Origin: Myxococcales bacterium
GTDB taxonomy: Bacteria; Myxococcota_A; Polyangia; Polyangiales; Ga0077539
Assembly: GCA_030652255.1 (NCBI GenBank)
Contig: JAUSAZ010000196.1
Span: 10,875 to 74,874 of the forward strand
Length of the DNA stretch: 64,000 nt
Direction: 5' to 3'
Positions 45,698 to 55,127 of the stretch are shown piece by piece. Below the pieces are notes generated by a model that saw nothing but the letters and a program-made list of their open reading frames with translations, was not told where the DNA came from and did not search any database. The position numbers and the translations under genes were made by a program. Positions within the stretch are counted from its first letter, which is position 1; the number at the start of each line of letters is the position of its first letter.

Positions 45698-48600
45698 ATG
45701 CGTCTGCTCCGACTGCGCTCGTTCGCCGCCACGGCCTCCCTGGCCGCCACCCTGTTTGCGCCTACCGCGCATGCCATCTGGCCCCCGACGGCCGACATGA
45801 CCGCGGAGGACCTCTCTCGCTCCGAGAACTGGCCCAACGACCCCGGCTACGCCTACACCGAGCGCGGTGGGGGCCAGTGGTACTGGTGGAGCTGGGTGCC
45901 GCAGGCGACCCGCGCGGTCGCCGGGTTTCGCGCCCAGGAGATCCCGCTGGGCGTGGGCAACAACGTCGACCGCGCCTGGGGCATCACCATCGGCGACCCC
46001 CGGGTGATGATCGCGGTGCTCGACTCGGGCATCAACTGGGAGAACGACGACCTCATCAACAAGGTCGCGCTCAACACCGCCGAGCTCCCGATGCCGATGG
46101 GCGCCACCACCCACGACGCCAACGGCGACGGGGTCGTCACGGTGGCCGACTACCTCCAGGACACCCGCATCACCTGCGGCGTCGCGGGCATGCCGCGCAA
46201 CCAGTTCGCGTGCCGCGGCGCCGACGGGATGCCCAACGACCCCAACGGCAACGGCGTGCTCGACGGCGGCGACCTCATCCGCACCTTCTCGGACAGCACC
46301 GACGCCGACAACAACGGCTACGTCGACGACATCGCCGGCTGGGACTTCTTCCACGACGACAACGACCCCGCGGACGACACCCGCTTCGGCCACGGCACCG
46401 GCGAGGCGCGCGACTCCACCGCGGAGGCCAACAACGGCCGCGGCGGCGCCGGCGGCTGTCCGCGCTGCCTGTTCATCCCCACCCGCGTGGGCGACAGCTT
46501 CATCACCGACGTGACCGACTTCGGCCAGGCCGTGGTGTACGCCGTCGACCGCGGCGCGAGCGTGGTGCAGGAGGCCCTCGGCACCCTCAACCAGTCGCGC
46601 TTCGCGCAGGCCGCGATCGACTACGCGTACAACCACAACGTCGTCATCATCGCGAGCGCGGCCGACGAAAACTCCCGGCATCACAACATGCCCGGCACGG
46701 CCAACCACACGGTCTACACGCACGCCATCCGGTACGACTCGGAGAACGTCAACAGCGCGACGACCTTCCTCAACTTCAACAACTGCACCAACTACGGCGC
46801 GCAGCTGGTGCTCTCCGTGGGCGCCATCAGCTGCTCCTCCGCCGCGGTGGGCCTGAGCTCCGGCATGGCGGGGCTCATCTACTCCGCCGCCCTCTCGCGC
46901 AACCTCTCGCCCGCCCTCAGCGCCGAGGAGGTCAAGCAGCTGCTCACGATGACCACCGACGACGTCAACGTGCCGGAGAGCCAGCCGACGCACCCGATGT
47001 TCGACCGGACGAAGTACCCGTCGCTGCCGGGCTGGGACCAGCGCTTCGGCTACGGCCGCACCAACGCCCGCCGCTCGCTGGAGTGGGTGCGCGACGGCAA
47101 GATCCCGCCGGAGGTGGACATCACCTCGCCGCGGTGGTTCACGGTCTTCGACCCCGACCGCCCGGCGCAGCAGACGCTTCGCATCGAGGGCCGCATCGCC
47201 GCGCGCCGCGCGCCGCGCTTCGATTACACCATCGAGTATGCCCCCGGCGTCGAGCCCGCGGACACCGCCTGGGTGATGGTGCGCCGCGAGACCAACGTCA
47301 CCGCCGCGGTCACCGACCGCCTGGCCGACATCGACCTCCGCACGCTCAACATCAACAACCCCGGCGAGGTGGAGAACCGCTACACCCTCACGGTGCGCAT
47401 CCGCGTCACGGCGCACTACGACGCCCCCGTCGGCGACGTGCCCGGCGAGGTGCGCCGCGCCTTCTACGTGCACCGCGACCCGACGGTGATGCCCGGCTTC
47501 CCGATCGACCTCGGCAGCGGCGGCGAGAGCTCGCCGCACCTCGTCGACCTCAACGGCGACGGCTCGCGCGAGATCATCTTCGCCACCTCCGACGGCGAGG
47601 TGCACGCCTTCCGCGCCGACGGCACCGACCTCCCGGGCTGGCCGGCCTTCACCCGCCTCGCCCAGGGCTACGACCCCACGCGCACCCCGAGCTACCTCGG
47701 GAGCCGCGCCTTCCAGCCCGTCGCCGGCGGGCGCCCCCCGATGGACCCGGCGGTGGTGCGCGAGGCCGTGATGGCCACGCCCGCCATCGGCGACCTCGAC
47801 GGCGACATGCGCCCCGAGGTGGTCGTCGGCACCTACGCCGGGACGATCCATGTGTTCCGCGCCGACGGCACGCCCTACGGCAGGGGCTTCCCCTACACCC
47901 TCCCCGACGTGCCGAGCTCGGCGACCTCGCCGCGGGCCATCCAGGCGCGCGGGATGTTCGGCGACCCGGTGCTGGCCGACCTCGACGGCGACATGCGCCC
48001 GGAGATCGTCTTCGGCGCCTTCGACGGCAAGGTGTACGCGCTCGACTCGATGACCGGCATGGTCAAGTCGGGCTTCCCGGTGGTGGTGACCTTCCCGGAG
48101 CCCAACACGGCCCGCAACCGCGTCTTCGGCAGCGTGGGCATCGGCGACATGGACGGCGACCGCCGCCCGGACATCGTCTCGGTGTCGAGCGAGGGCCTCA
48201 ACGGCGACAACAACCTCGGCGCCGTCTACGTGATCTACGGCGACGGCAACAACCACGCGGGCGGGCCCTTCCACCCCAACTGGCCCATCCCCTACCTGTC
48301 GTTCAACTTCTTCCCGCTGGTGGGTGAAGGCGTCTCGTCGTCGCCCGCCATCGCCGACCTCGACGGCGACGGCCGCGACGAGCTCGCCCTCGTGGGCACC
48401 GGCAACGCGGTGGTCACCCTGGCGCGCGGCGTCCAGCCGCCGCACGTCGCCCGCCCGTCGCCGCAGTCCCTCGCCACCGTCGTCCCGGTGCGCACCGCGA
48501 TGCGCGGCCGGCTCACCAACGTCGAGACCTCGCAGGTGTCCTTCATCCCGGCCTTCTCGCTGGGATCCTTCGGGGACATGACCAACGACGGCGTGCCGGA

Positions 48601-49342
48601 CTACGTCATCACCGGCGCGAGCCTCAACCTCGCGATCAACCTCGCGGGCGGCGGCCGCGCCTTCCCCATCGAGCACCTCGCGGCGGCCTTCAACGGCCGC
48701 GACGGAAACTCGCTCCCCGGGTTCCCGCGGCTCATCGAGGACTACACGTTCTTCTTCAACCCCTCGATCGCGGACGTGGGCGGCGACGCCTATCCCGAGG
48801 TGATCATCGGCACCGGCGGCTACTACCTCCACGCCTTCGACGGCTGCGGCCGCGAGCCCGAGACGTGGCCGAAGTTCACCGGCCAGTGGATCATCGCCAA
48901 CCCCGCCGTCGGCGACCTCCGCGGCATGGGCCAGCAGCAGCTCGTGTCGGGCACCCGCTCGGGCTTCCTCTGGGCGTGGACCACCCCGACGCAGGCCGCG
49001 ACCGCCAGCGTGCAGTGGCCCACCCACCGGCACGACCAGGCCAACACGGGCAACTGGGGCACCGCGCTCAACCAGGGCGTGCGCCGCGTGCCCAACCTCG
49101 CGGCGCTCGAGTGCCCGCTGCCCCCGGAGCCCGACGCCGGGACGCCCACCGACGACGCCGGCGCCGTGAGCGACGCCGCCGTGGTCGCCGACGCGGGCGC
49201 CCCCCCCGCCGACGCTGGCAGCCCCACCGTCGGAGGCGACGGCTGCGGCTGCCGCACCGCCCCCGCCAGCGCGCCCCGCGCGGGCCTCCTGGCGATCGGC
49301 CTCGCGATGCTCGCCGTGCGTCGCCGCCGCCGCGCCGCCTGA
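45698..49342 (+). CDS. S8 subtilase with FG-GAP/VCBS-like repeats and MYXO-CTERM-type sorting tail
   Basis: Signal peptide ..APTAHA. AVLDSGINW (Asp) and FGHGTGEA (His). Repeated DLDGDMRPE / DLNGDGSRE motifs. Tail GCGCRTAP...LLAIGLAMLAVRRRRRAA. Confidence 0.85.
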   Translation: MRLLRLRSFAATASLAATLFAPTAHAIWPPTADMTAEDLSRSENWPNDPGYAYTERGGGQWYWWSWVPQATRAVAGFRAQEIPLGVGNNVDRAWGITIGDPRVMIAVLDSGINWENDDLINKVALNTAELPMPMGATTHDANGDGVVTVADYLQDTRITCGVAGMPRNQFACRGADGMPNDPNGNGVLDGGDLIRTFSDSTDADNNGYVDDIAGWDFFHDDNDPADDTRFGHGTGEARDSTAEANNGRGGAGGCPRCLFIPTRVGDSFITDVTDFGQAVVYAVDRGASVVQEALGTLNQSRFAQAAIDYAYNHNVVIIASAADENSRHHNMPGTANHTVYTHAIRYDSENVNSATTFLNFNNCTNYGAQLVLSVGAISCSSAAVGLSSGMAGLIYSAALSRNLSPALSAEEVKQLLTMTTDDVNVPESQPTHPMFDRTKYPSLPGWDQRFGYGRTNARRSLEWVRDGKIPPEVDITSPRWFTVFDPDRPAQQTLRIEGRIAARRAPRFDYTIEYAPGVEPADTAWVMVRRETNVTAAVTDRLADIDLRTLNINNPGEVENRYTLTVRIRVTAHYDAPVGDVPGEVRRAFYVHRDPTVMPGFPIDLGSGGESSPHLVDLNGDGSREIIFATSDGEVHAFRADGTDLPGWPAFTRLAQGYDPTRTPSYLGSRAFQPVAGGRPPMDPAVVREAVMATPAIGDLDGDMRPEVVVGTYAGTIHVFRADGTPYGRGFPYTLPDVPSSATSPRAIQARGMFGDPVLADLDGDMRPEIVFGAFDGKVYALDSMTGMVKSGFPVVVTFPEPNTARNRVFGSVGIGDMDGDRRPDIVSVSSEGLNGDNNLGAVYVIYGDGNNHAGGPFHPNWPIPYLSFNFFPLVGEGVSSSPAIADLDGDGRDELALVGTGNAVVTLARGVQPPHVARPSPQSLATVVPVRTAMRGRLTNVETSQVSFIPAFSLGSFGDMTNDGVPDYVITGASLNLAINLAGGGRAFPIEHLAAAFNGRDGNSLPGFPRLIEDYTFFFNPSIADVGGDAYPEVIIGTGGYYLHAFDGCGREPETWPKFTGQWIIANPAVGDLRGMGQQQLVSGTRSGFLWAWTTPTQAATASVQWPTHRHDQANTGNWGTALNQGVRRVPNLAALECPLPPEPDAGTPTDDAGAVSDAAVVADAGAPPADAGSPTVGGDGCGCRTAPASAPRAGLLAIGLAMLAVRRRRRAA

Positions 49343-49423
49343 TCGCGCGCACCCTCACCCTACCGACTCCCGTTCAACTCCCCCTCGCGTCGGCGGATGC
49401 CCTTCCGGTAGCATCCGCGCACG

Positions 49424-52400
49424 ATGCGTCACCCCCACCGTTGGTTCTCTCGCGGACTGGGCCTCGCGCTCGGCCTCGGGGCTTTGCTCACCACCCCGCG
49501 GCCCGCAGAAGCGATCTGGCCGCCTCGCCCGGAGATGACGGCGAACGACCTGTCGATGATGGCCAACTGGCCCAACGACCCGGGCTACGCGGGCCAGTGG
49601 GAGCACTGGTCGTGGGTGCCCGGGATGAACCTCACGGTGCCCGGCTTCCGCACCGAGGAGACCGCGCTCGGCACGGGCAACAACACCGACCGCGCGTGGG
49701 CCATCTCCACCGGCGACCCGCGGGTGCTCATCGCGGTGCTCGACTCCGGGGTCAACTGGGACAACGACGACATCGTCAACAAGATCGCCCTCAACACCGC
49801 GGAGCTCCCGCTCCCGGAGGGCGCGACGATCTACGACGCCAACGGCGACGGGCTCGTGAACATCCTCGACTACCTCCGCGACGCCCGCGTGACCTGCGGC
49901 ACCGGCCCGGTGAGCGGGCGCAACCCGCGGCGCTGCCAGGGGGCCGACGGGATGCCCAACGACCCCAACCGCAACGGCGTGCTCGACCCGGGCGACCTCA
50001 TCCGGGTGTTCTCCGACGGCACCGACGCCGACCGCAACGGCTACGTCGACGACATCGCCGGGTGGGACTTCTTCCAGGACGACAACGACCCGGCGGACGC
50101 CACGCGCTTCGGCCACGGCACCGGCGAGATGCGCTGGAGCGCCGCGGAGACCAACAACGGCATCGGCGACGCCGGGGACTGTCCCCGCTGCATGCTCATC
50201 CCCATCCGCGCGGCGGACAGCTTCATCGGCGAGGTGGACGACTTCGCGCAGGGCGTCGTGTACGCCGTCGACCGCGGCGCGCTCGTGGTGCAGGAGGCCC
50301 TCGGAACGCTCGACAACAGCACCTACGCGATGCGCGCCATCGACTACGCGTACGCCCGCAACGTGCCCGTCATCGCCAGCGCCGCGGACGAGAACTCGCG
50401 CCACCACAACGTGCCGAGCACCAACAACCACACGCTGACGGTGCACGCGATCCGCTACGACACCGAGACCCTCACCCGCAGCACGACCTTCCTCAACTTC
50501 AACAACTGCACCAACTACGGCGCGCAGCTGGTGCTCTCCGTGGCGGGCACCGGGTGCTCGTCCGAGGCCACCGGCCACACCGCCGGCCACGCGGGCCTGC
50601 TCCAGTCGTACGCGCTCGAGCGCAACCTGATGCCGCGGCTCTCGGCCGAGGAGATCTACCAGCTGCTCGCCCGCACCACGGACGACATCAACATCCCGGA
50701 GAGCCAACCGACCCATCCGATGCACGACGACACCAAGTACCCGTCGCTGCCGGGCTGGGACCAGCGCTTCGGCTACGGTCGCACCAACGCGCGCCGCGCC
50801 ATCGAGTGGCTGCGCGACGGCAAGATCCCGCCGGAGGTGGACATCACCTCGCCGCGGTGGTTCACGGTCTTCGACCCCGACCGCCCTGCCCAGCAGACGC
50901 TGCGCATCGAGGGCAGCATCGCCGCCCGCCGCGCGCCCCGCTACGACTACACCGTCGAGTACGCGACCGGCGTCGAGCCCGCGGACACCGCCTGGGTGAT
51001 GGTGCGCCGGGAGACCAACGTCACCGCGCCGGTCACCGACCGCCTCGCCGAGATCGACCTCCGCACGCTCAACATCAACAACCCCGGCGAGCGCGCCAAC
51101 CGCTACACCCTCTCGGTGCGCATCCGCGCCGTGGCCCACTACGACGCGCCCGTCGGCGACGTGCCCGGCGAGGTGCGCCGCGCCTTCTATGTGCACCGCG
51201 ACGGCACCGTGCTGCCCAACTTCCCCATCGACGTGGGCGGCTCCGGGGAGAGCTCGCCCAAGACCGTCGACCTCGACGGCGACGGCTCGCGCGAGATCAT
51301 CTACGGCACCGCCGACGGCGACGTGCACGCCTTCCGCGCCGACGGCACGGAGCTCCCGGGTTTCCCCGCGCACACCGTGCCCCTCTACGGCATGCGCTCG
51401 ACGCACGCGACCAACTACATCAACAGCGCGGCGTACTCGGGCGCGTCGCCCGCCATCGACGCGGGGCAGATCTTCGACCCGGTGGTGGCCACGCCCGCGG
51501 TGGGCGACATCGACGGCGACGGGACGCCCGAGATCGTGGTCAACAGCTACCACGGCACGGTGCACGTCTTCCGGCGCGACGGCACCGCCTACGGCCGCGG
51601 GTTTCCCTTCGCGCTGCCGGACGTGCCGAGCGCGATGACCGCGCCCGACCGCATCCTCCAGCGCGGGCTCTTCTGCTCGCCGGTCATCGCCGACCTCGAC
51701 AACGACTCGCGCCCGGAGATCATCTTCGGCGCGATGGACGGCAAGGTCTACGCGCTCGACTCCATGACCGGCGCGGTGAAGCCGGGCTACCCCGTGGTGA
51801 TCCACTTCCCCGAGGAGGGCACGGAGTACAACCGGGTGTTCGGCAACGTGGGCGTCGGCAACTTCAACGGCGACAACATCCCCGACCTGGTGGTGGTGTC
51901 GAACGAGAAGCTCCGCGGCGACAACAACACCGGCGCCATCTACCTGGTGCACGGCGACGGCAACAACCACGCGGGCGGCCCCTTCCACCCCAACTGGCCC
52001 ATCGCCGTCACGTCCTTCAACTTCTTCCCGCTGGTGGGCGAAGGCGTCTCCGGCGCGCCGCCCATCGCGGACATCGACGGCGACGGCCGCGACGAGATCG
52101 CCTTCACCGGCAACGCTCTTCCCACCATCGCCTTCGTGCGCGGCGAGCAGGCCGCCATGGGCCGCCGCCCGGCGCTCAACTCGCTCAACCGCGTGGCGCT
52201 CGCGCAGACCTCCCGCCGCGGCGCGCTCACCAACAACACGACGCAGATCGTGTCCTTCGCCAACGTGTTCAGCATGGGCTCGTGGGGCGACCTCGACGGC
52301 GACAACAGCCCCGACTACGTGATCTCCGGCGCCGAGCTCAACCTCGCCATCAACCTCGGCGGCGGCGGCCGGGCGCGCCCCTTCTTCCACCTCGTGGGCG

Positions 52401-53053
52401 CCTTCCGCGGCCGCGACGGCACGGTGCTCGACGGCTTCCCGCAGCTGCTCGAGGACTACACCTTCTTCATGAACCCCGCGATCGCCTCCATCGACGGCGA
52501 CCCGTACCCCGAGCTCATCCTCGGCACCGGCGGCTACTTCCTCGAGGCCTTCGACGCCTGCGGCCGCACCCCCGAAGGGTGGCCCAAGTTCACCGGCCAG
52601 TGGATCATCCCCTCGCCCGCCCTCGGCGACCTCGACGGCGACCACACCATGGAGATCGTCAGCGGCACCCGCGGCGGCCAGCTCTGGGCGTGGCGCACCC
52701 GCGGCGACGACCGCACCGCCAACGTGCAGTGGGAGAGCTTCCGCCACGACAACCGCAACACCGGCAACTACGGCGCCCCGCTCTCGCAGGGCGTGCGCGG
52801 CGTCGGCGACGCCGGGGCCGTGGTGTGCCCCATCCCCCCGGAGCCCGACGCGGGCGTCGAGCCCACGGACGGGGGCAACCCGATCGCGGACGCGGGCGTC
52901 GACAGCGGCGCCACGACCCCGCCGACGACCACCGACGGCGGGTGCAGCTGCCGCGCCGCCGGGGGCGCCCCGGGCCGCGGCCTCGCACCGGTGGGCCTCC
53001 TCGGCCTCGGGCTCGTCGCGACCCTGCGCCGCCGCCGCCGCCGCGCCGCCTGA
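49424..53053 (+). CDS. S8 subtilase with FG-GAP/VCBS-like repeats and MYXO-CTERM-type tail (tandem paralogue)
   Basis: Same architecture as the upstream gene. AVLDSGVNW, FGHGTGEM, GTGCSSEATGHTAG. Tail GGCSCRAAGG...LGLGLVATLRRRRRRAA. Confidence 0.85.
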   Translation: MRHPHRWFSRGLGLALGLGALLTTPRPAEAIWPPRPEMTANDLSMMANWPNDPGYAGQWEHWSWVPGMNLTVPGFRTEETALGTGNNTDRAWAISTGDPRVLIAVLDSGVNWDNDDIVNKIALNTAELPLPEGATIYDANGDGLVNILDYLRDARVTCGTGPVSGRNPRRCQGADGMPNDPNRNGVLDPGDLIRVFSDGTDADRNGYVDDIAGWDFFQDDNDPADATRFGHGTGEMRWSAAETNNGIGDAGDCPRCMLIPIRAADSFIGEVDDFAQGVVYAVDRGALVVQEALGTLDNSTYAMRAIDYAYARNVPVIASAADENSRHHNVPSTNNHTLTVHAIRYDTETLTRSTTFLNFNNCTNYGAQLVLSVAGTGCSSEATGHTAGHAGLLQSYALERNLMPRLSAEEIYQLLARTTDDINIPESQPTHPMHDDTKYPSLPGWDQRFGYGRTNARRAIEWLRDGKIPPEVDITSPRWFTVFDPDRPAQQTLRIEGSIAARRAPRYDYTVEYATGVEPADTAWVMVRRETNVTAPVTDRLAEIDLRTLNINNPGERANRYTLSVRIRAVAHYDAPVGDVPGEVRRAFYVHRDGTVLPNFPIDVGGSGESSPKTVDLDGDGSREIIYGTADGDVHAFRADGTELPGFPAHTVPLYGMRSTHATNYINSAAYSGASPAIDAGQIFDPVVATPAVGDIDGDGTPEIVVNSYHGTVHVFRRDGTAYGRGFPFALPDVPSAMTAPDRILQRGLFCSPVIADLDNDSRPEIIFGAMDGKVYALDSMTGAVKPGYPVVIHFPEEGTEYNRVFGNVGVGNFNGDNIPDLVVVSNEKLRGDNNTGAIYLVHGDGNNHAGGPFHPNWPIAVTSFNFFPLVGEGVSGAPPIADIDGDGRDEIAFTGNALPTIAFVRGEQAAMGRRPALNSLNRVALAQTSRRGALTNNTTQIVSFANVFSMGSWGDLDGDNSPDYVISGAELNLAINLGGGGRARPFFHLVGAFRGRDGTVLDGFPQLLEDYTFFMNPAIASIDGDPYPELILGTGGYFLEAFDACGRTPEGWPKFTGQWIIPSPALGDLDGDHTMEIVSGTRGGQLWAWRTRGDDRTANVQWESFRHDNRNTGNYGAPLSQGVRGVGDAGAVVCPIPPEPDAGVEPTDGGNPIADAGVDSGATTPPTTTDGGCSCRAAGGAPGRGLAPVGLLGLGLVATLRRRRRRAA

Positions 53054-53120
53054 CCCTCCGCCCCGCCGCCGCTGCGCCCCGTGTCGGACGCGGCGGCACA
53101 CGCCCTCCCGCGGCGGCACA

Positions 53121-53147
53121 GCGCCCCTCCCCCCCGTCGAGGGGCGC
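53121..53147 (+). terminator. 9-bp GC stem hairpin followed by an AT-rich stretch
   Basis: gcgcccctc-ccccccgtc-gaggggcgc, then cagattcatacattgaagagtaaagatttcc. Lies between the second S8 gene and the kinase gene. Confidence 0.35.
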
Positions 53148-53257
53148 CAGATTCATACATTGAAGAGTAAAGATTTCCTGGCGCATGATCGGCGTCGCCC
53201 CGTCGTCGCAGCGCCGGGAGCGCGCCGTCCCACGCCCGCACCGGAGGAGATTCCCGC

Positions 53258-54949
53258 ATGGTTGCACCCAACGCCGCGCCGAGGACCTCGACCGCCGCGC
53301 CCCCGCGCCGCGTCGGCCGCTACGACCTGCTCACCGAGCTCGGGCGCGGCGGGATGGCCAGCGTGTACCTCGCGCGGGGCTTCGGGAGCGCGGGCTTCGA
53401 GCGCCTCGCGGCGGTGAAGCTGCTGCACCGCGGGCTCTGCGCCGACCCGGACTTCGTGGAGATGTTCCTCGACGAGGCGCGGGTGGCGGCGCGGCTGCAT
53501 CACCCCAACGCCACGGCCATCACCGACGTCGGCGCGGAGGGATCGCAGCTCTACATGGTGATGGACTACGTCGAGGGCGACACCCTCCACGCCGTGCAGT
53601 GCGCCGCCGCGGCCCTGCACCGCGCGGTGCCCCTCGGCATCGCCCTTCGGGTGGCCCTCGACGCGCTCGCTGGCCTCGACGCCGCCCACGAGCTCCGCGG
53701 CTCGGACGGCGCGCCGCTCGGGTTGATCCACCGCGACGTCACCTCGCAGAACGTGCTCATCGGCGTCGACGGCGCGGCCCGCCTCGTCGACTTCGGCATC
53801 GCGCGCGCGGCGTGCCGCACGGGCATCACCACCGTCGGCGTGCTCAAGGGCAAGCTGCCCTTCATGGCCCCCGAGCAGATCCGCGGCCGCCCGGTCGACC
53901 GACGCGCCGACCTCTTCTCCATGGGCGTCACGCTCTGGGAGACCATCGCGCTGCGCCGGTGCTTCCCCTCGCGCGAGGGCGCGCTGCTCTCGCGCCTCGC
54001 CAACGAGGCCTACCGCCCGCTCACGGAGGTCGCGCCGCAGATCCCCCCGGCGCTCGACGAGGTGTGCCGCCGCGCGCTGGCCTTCGACCCGGCCGATCGT
54101 TTCTCCACCGCCTCGGAGTTCGCCGAGGCCATCGAGCAGCGCTTCCGCGCCGACCTCGCGACGCAGCGCGAGCTGGGGCAGTTCATGTCCGTGGTCGCCG
54201 CCGAAAAGCTCGGCCGCGAACGCGAGGCGGTGCGCGCCTCCTCGCAGCCGGTGCCCGCCCGCTCGCTGCGGCCGTCGACCCCTCCGCGGCCGTCGCCCGT
54301 GCTCGACCTGCGCCCCCCGCGGGTGCCCGACTTCGGCCCGTCCCGCGCGCCCGACCCCGTCCCGCCGCGCCCCCGCCCCCCGCAGGGGCGCATCGACGAC
54401 GCCATCGTCGACTCCGAGGACGTCACCGCCATCGCGCCGTCGCTGCGCCCCGCCGCGCCCCTGGTCGGGCCGGTGCGTCGCCCCCCCACGCTCCCGCCGC
54501 TCCCGCGGCTGTCGCGGCCGCTACCCGAGCGGGCGTCCATCGCGCCGAAGGGCGACGCGGCGGCCCTCTACGACCTCGCCACGCAGGCCTTCCAGCTCCA
54601 GCGCCCGCGGCCCTCGCTGGTGCCGCCGGCACCGCCGATCGAAGCCGCGCGGGAGGAGAAGCCCGCGGCGCCCTTCTTCCCGGAGCCCGAGGTCGACGTC
54701 GGCCGCGTCTCCGAGGTGCGCATCGCCGTCTCCGCGCCGCGCGCGCCCGTCACCGAGGTCGTGGCCCCGGAGCCCCCGCCCGCCGAGGTCGCCTCCGCGG
54801 AGCCGCCGGTCGCAGCCGCGCCGGCTCCCATGGAGCTCCCGGCGATCGCCCTACCTCCACCGGTCGAGACCGCGCCCGCGCCGGCTCCCGCGAAGGGGGG
54901 GCTGCGCGGCGCCGTGTCCCGGCTCTGGGCGCGCCTCTTCGGCGCCTGA
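53258..54949 (+). CDS. Ser/Thr protein kinase (Hanks type) with long Pro-rich C-terminal region
   Basis: GRGGMASVY, AAVKLL, HRDVTSQNVLI, DFGIARA, FMAPEQ. Confidence 0.9.
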   Translation: MVAPNAAPRTSTAAPPRRVGRYDLLTELGRGGMASVYLARGFGSAGFERLAAVKLLHRGLCADPDFVEMFLDEARVAARLHHPNATAITDVGAEGSQLYMVMDYVEGDTLHAVQCAAAALHRAVPLGIALRVALDALAGLDAAHELRGSDGAPLGLIHRDVTSQNVLIGVDGAARLVDFGIARAACRTGITTVGVLKGKLPFMAPEQIRGRPVDRRADLFSMGVTLWETIALRRCFPSREGALLSRLANEAYRPLTEVAPQIPPALDEVCRRALAFDPADRFSTASEFAEAIEQRFRADLATQRELGQFMSVVAAEKLGREREAVRASSQPVPARSLRPSTPPRPSPVLDLRPPRVPDFGPSRAPDPVPPRPRPPQGRIDDAIVDSEDVTAIAPSLRPAAPLVGPVRRPPTLPPLPRLSRPLPERASIAPKGDAAALYDLATQAFQLQRPRPSLVPPAPPIEAAREEKPAAPFFPEPEVDVGRVSEVRIAVSAPRAPVTEVVAPEPPPAEVASAEPPVAAAPAPMELPAIALPPPVETAPAPAPAKGGLRGAVSRLWARLFGA

Positions 54950-55108
54950 GAGTGTGTCTGACCCTTTTCTTGGTGAAATCGCGAAGAGCCGCGAGCCCTG
55001 CAAGGACGCTCGACCGCGCGTAGCCCCTGCTACGCAAGGGAGAGCGGACGCCGCAGGGCGACGCGGATCTGATGCGAGTTCGCCGAGAAACAGGGTCAGA
55101 CACACTCT
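54949..55108. repeat. 160-bp MITE-like element with perfect 17-bp terminal inverted repeats
   Basis: agagtgtgtctgaccct (54949-54965) is the reverse complement of agggtcagacacactct (55092-55108). The imperfect inverted repeat extends to ~35 nt. Sits between convergent genes, and its first base is the last base of the kinase stop codon. Confidence 0.75.
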
Positions 55109-55127
55109 GAACCCTTCCCACCACCGC

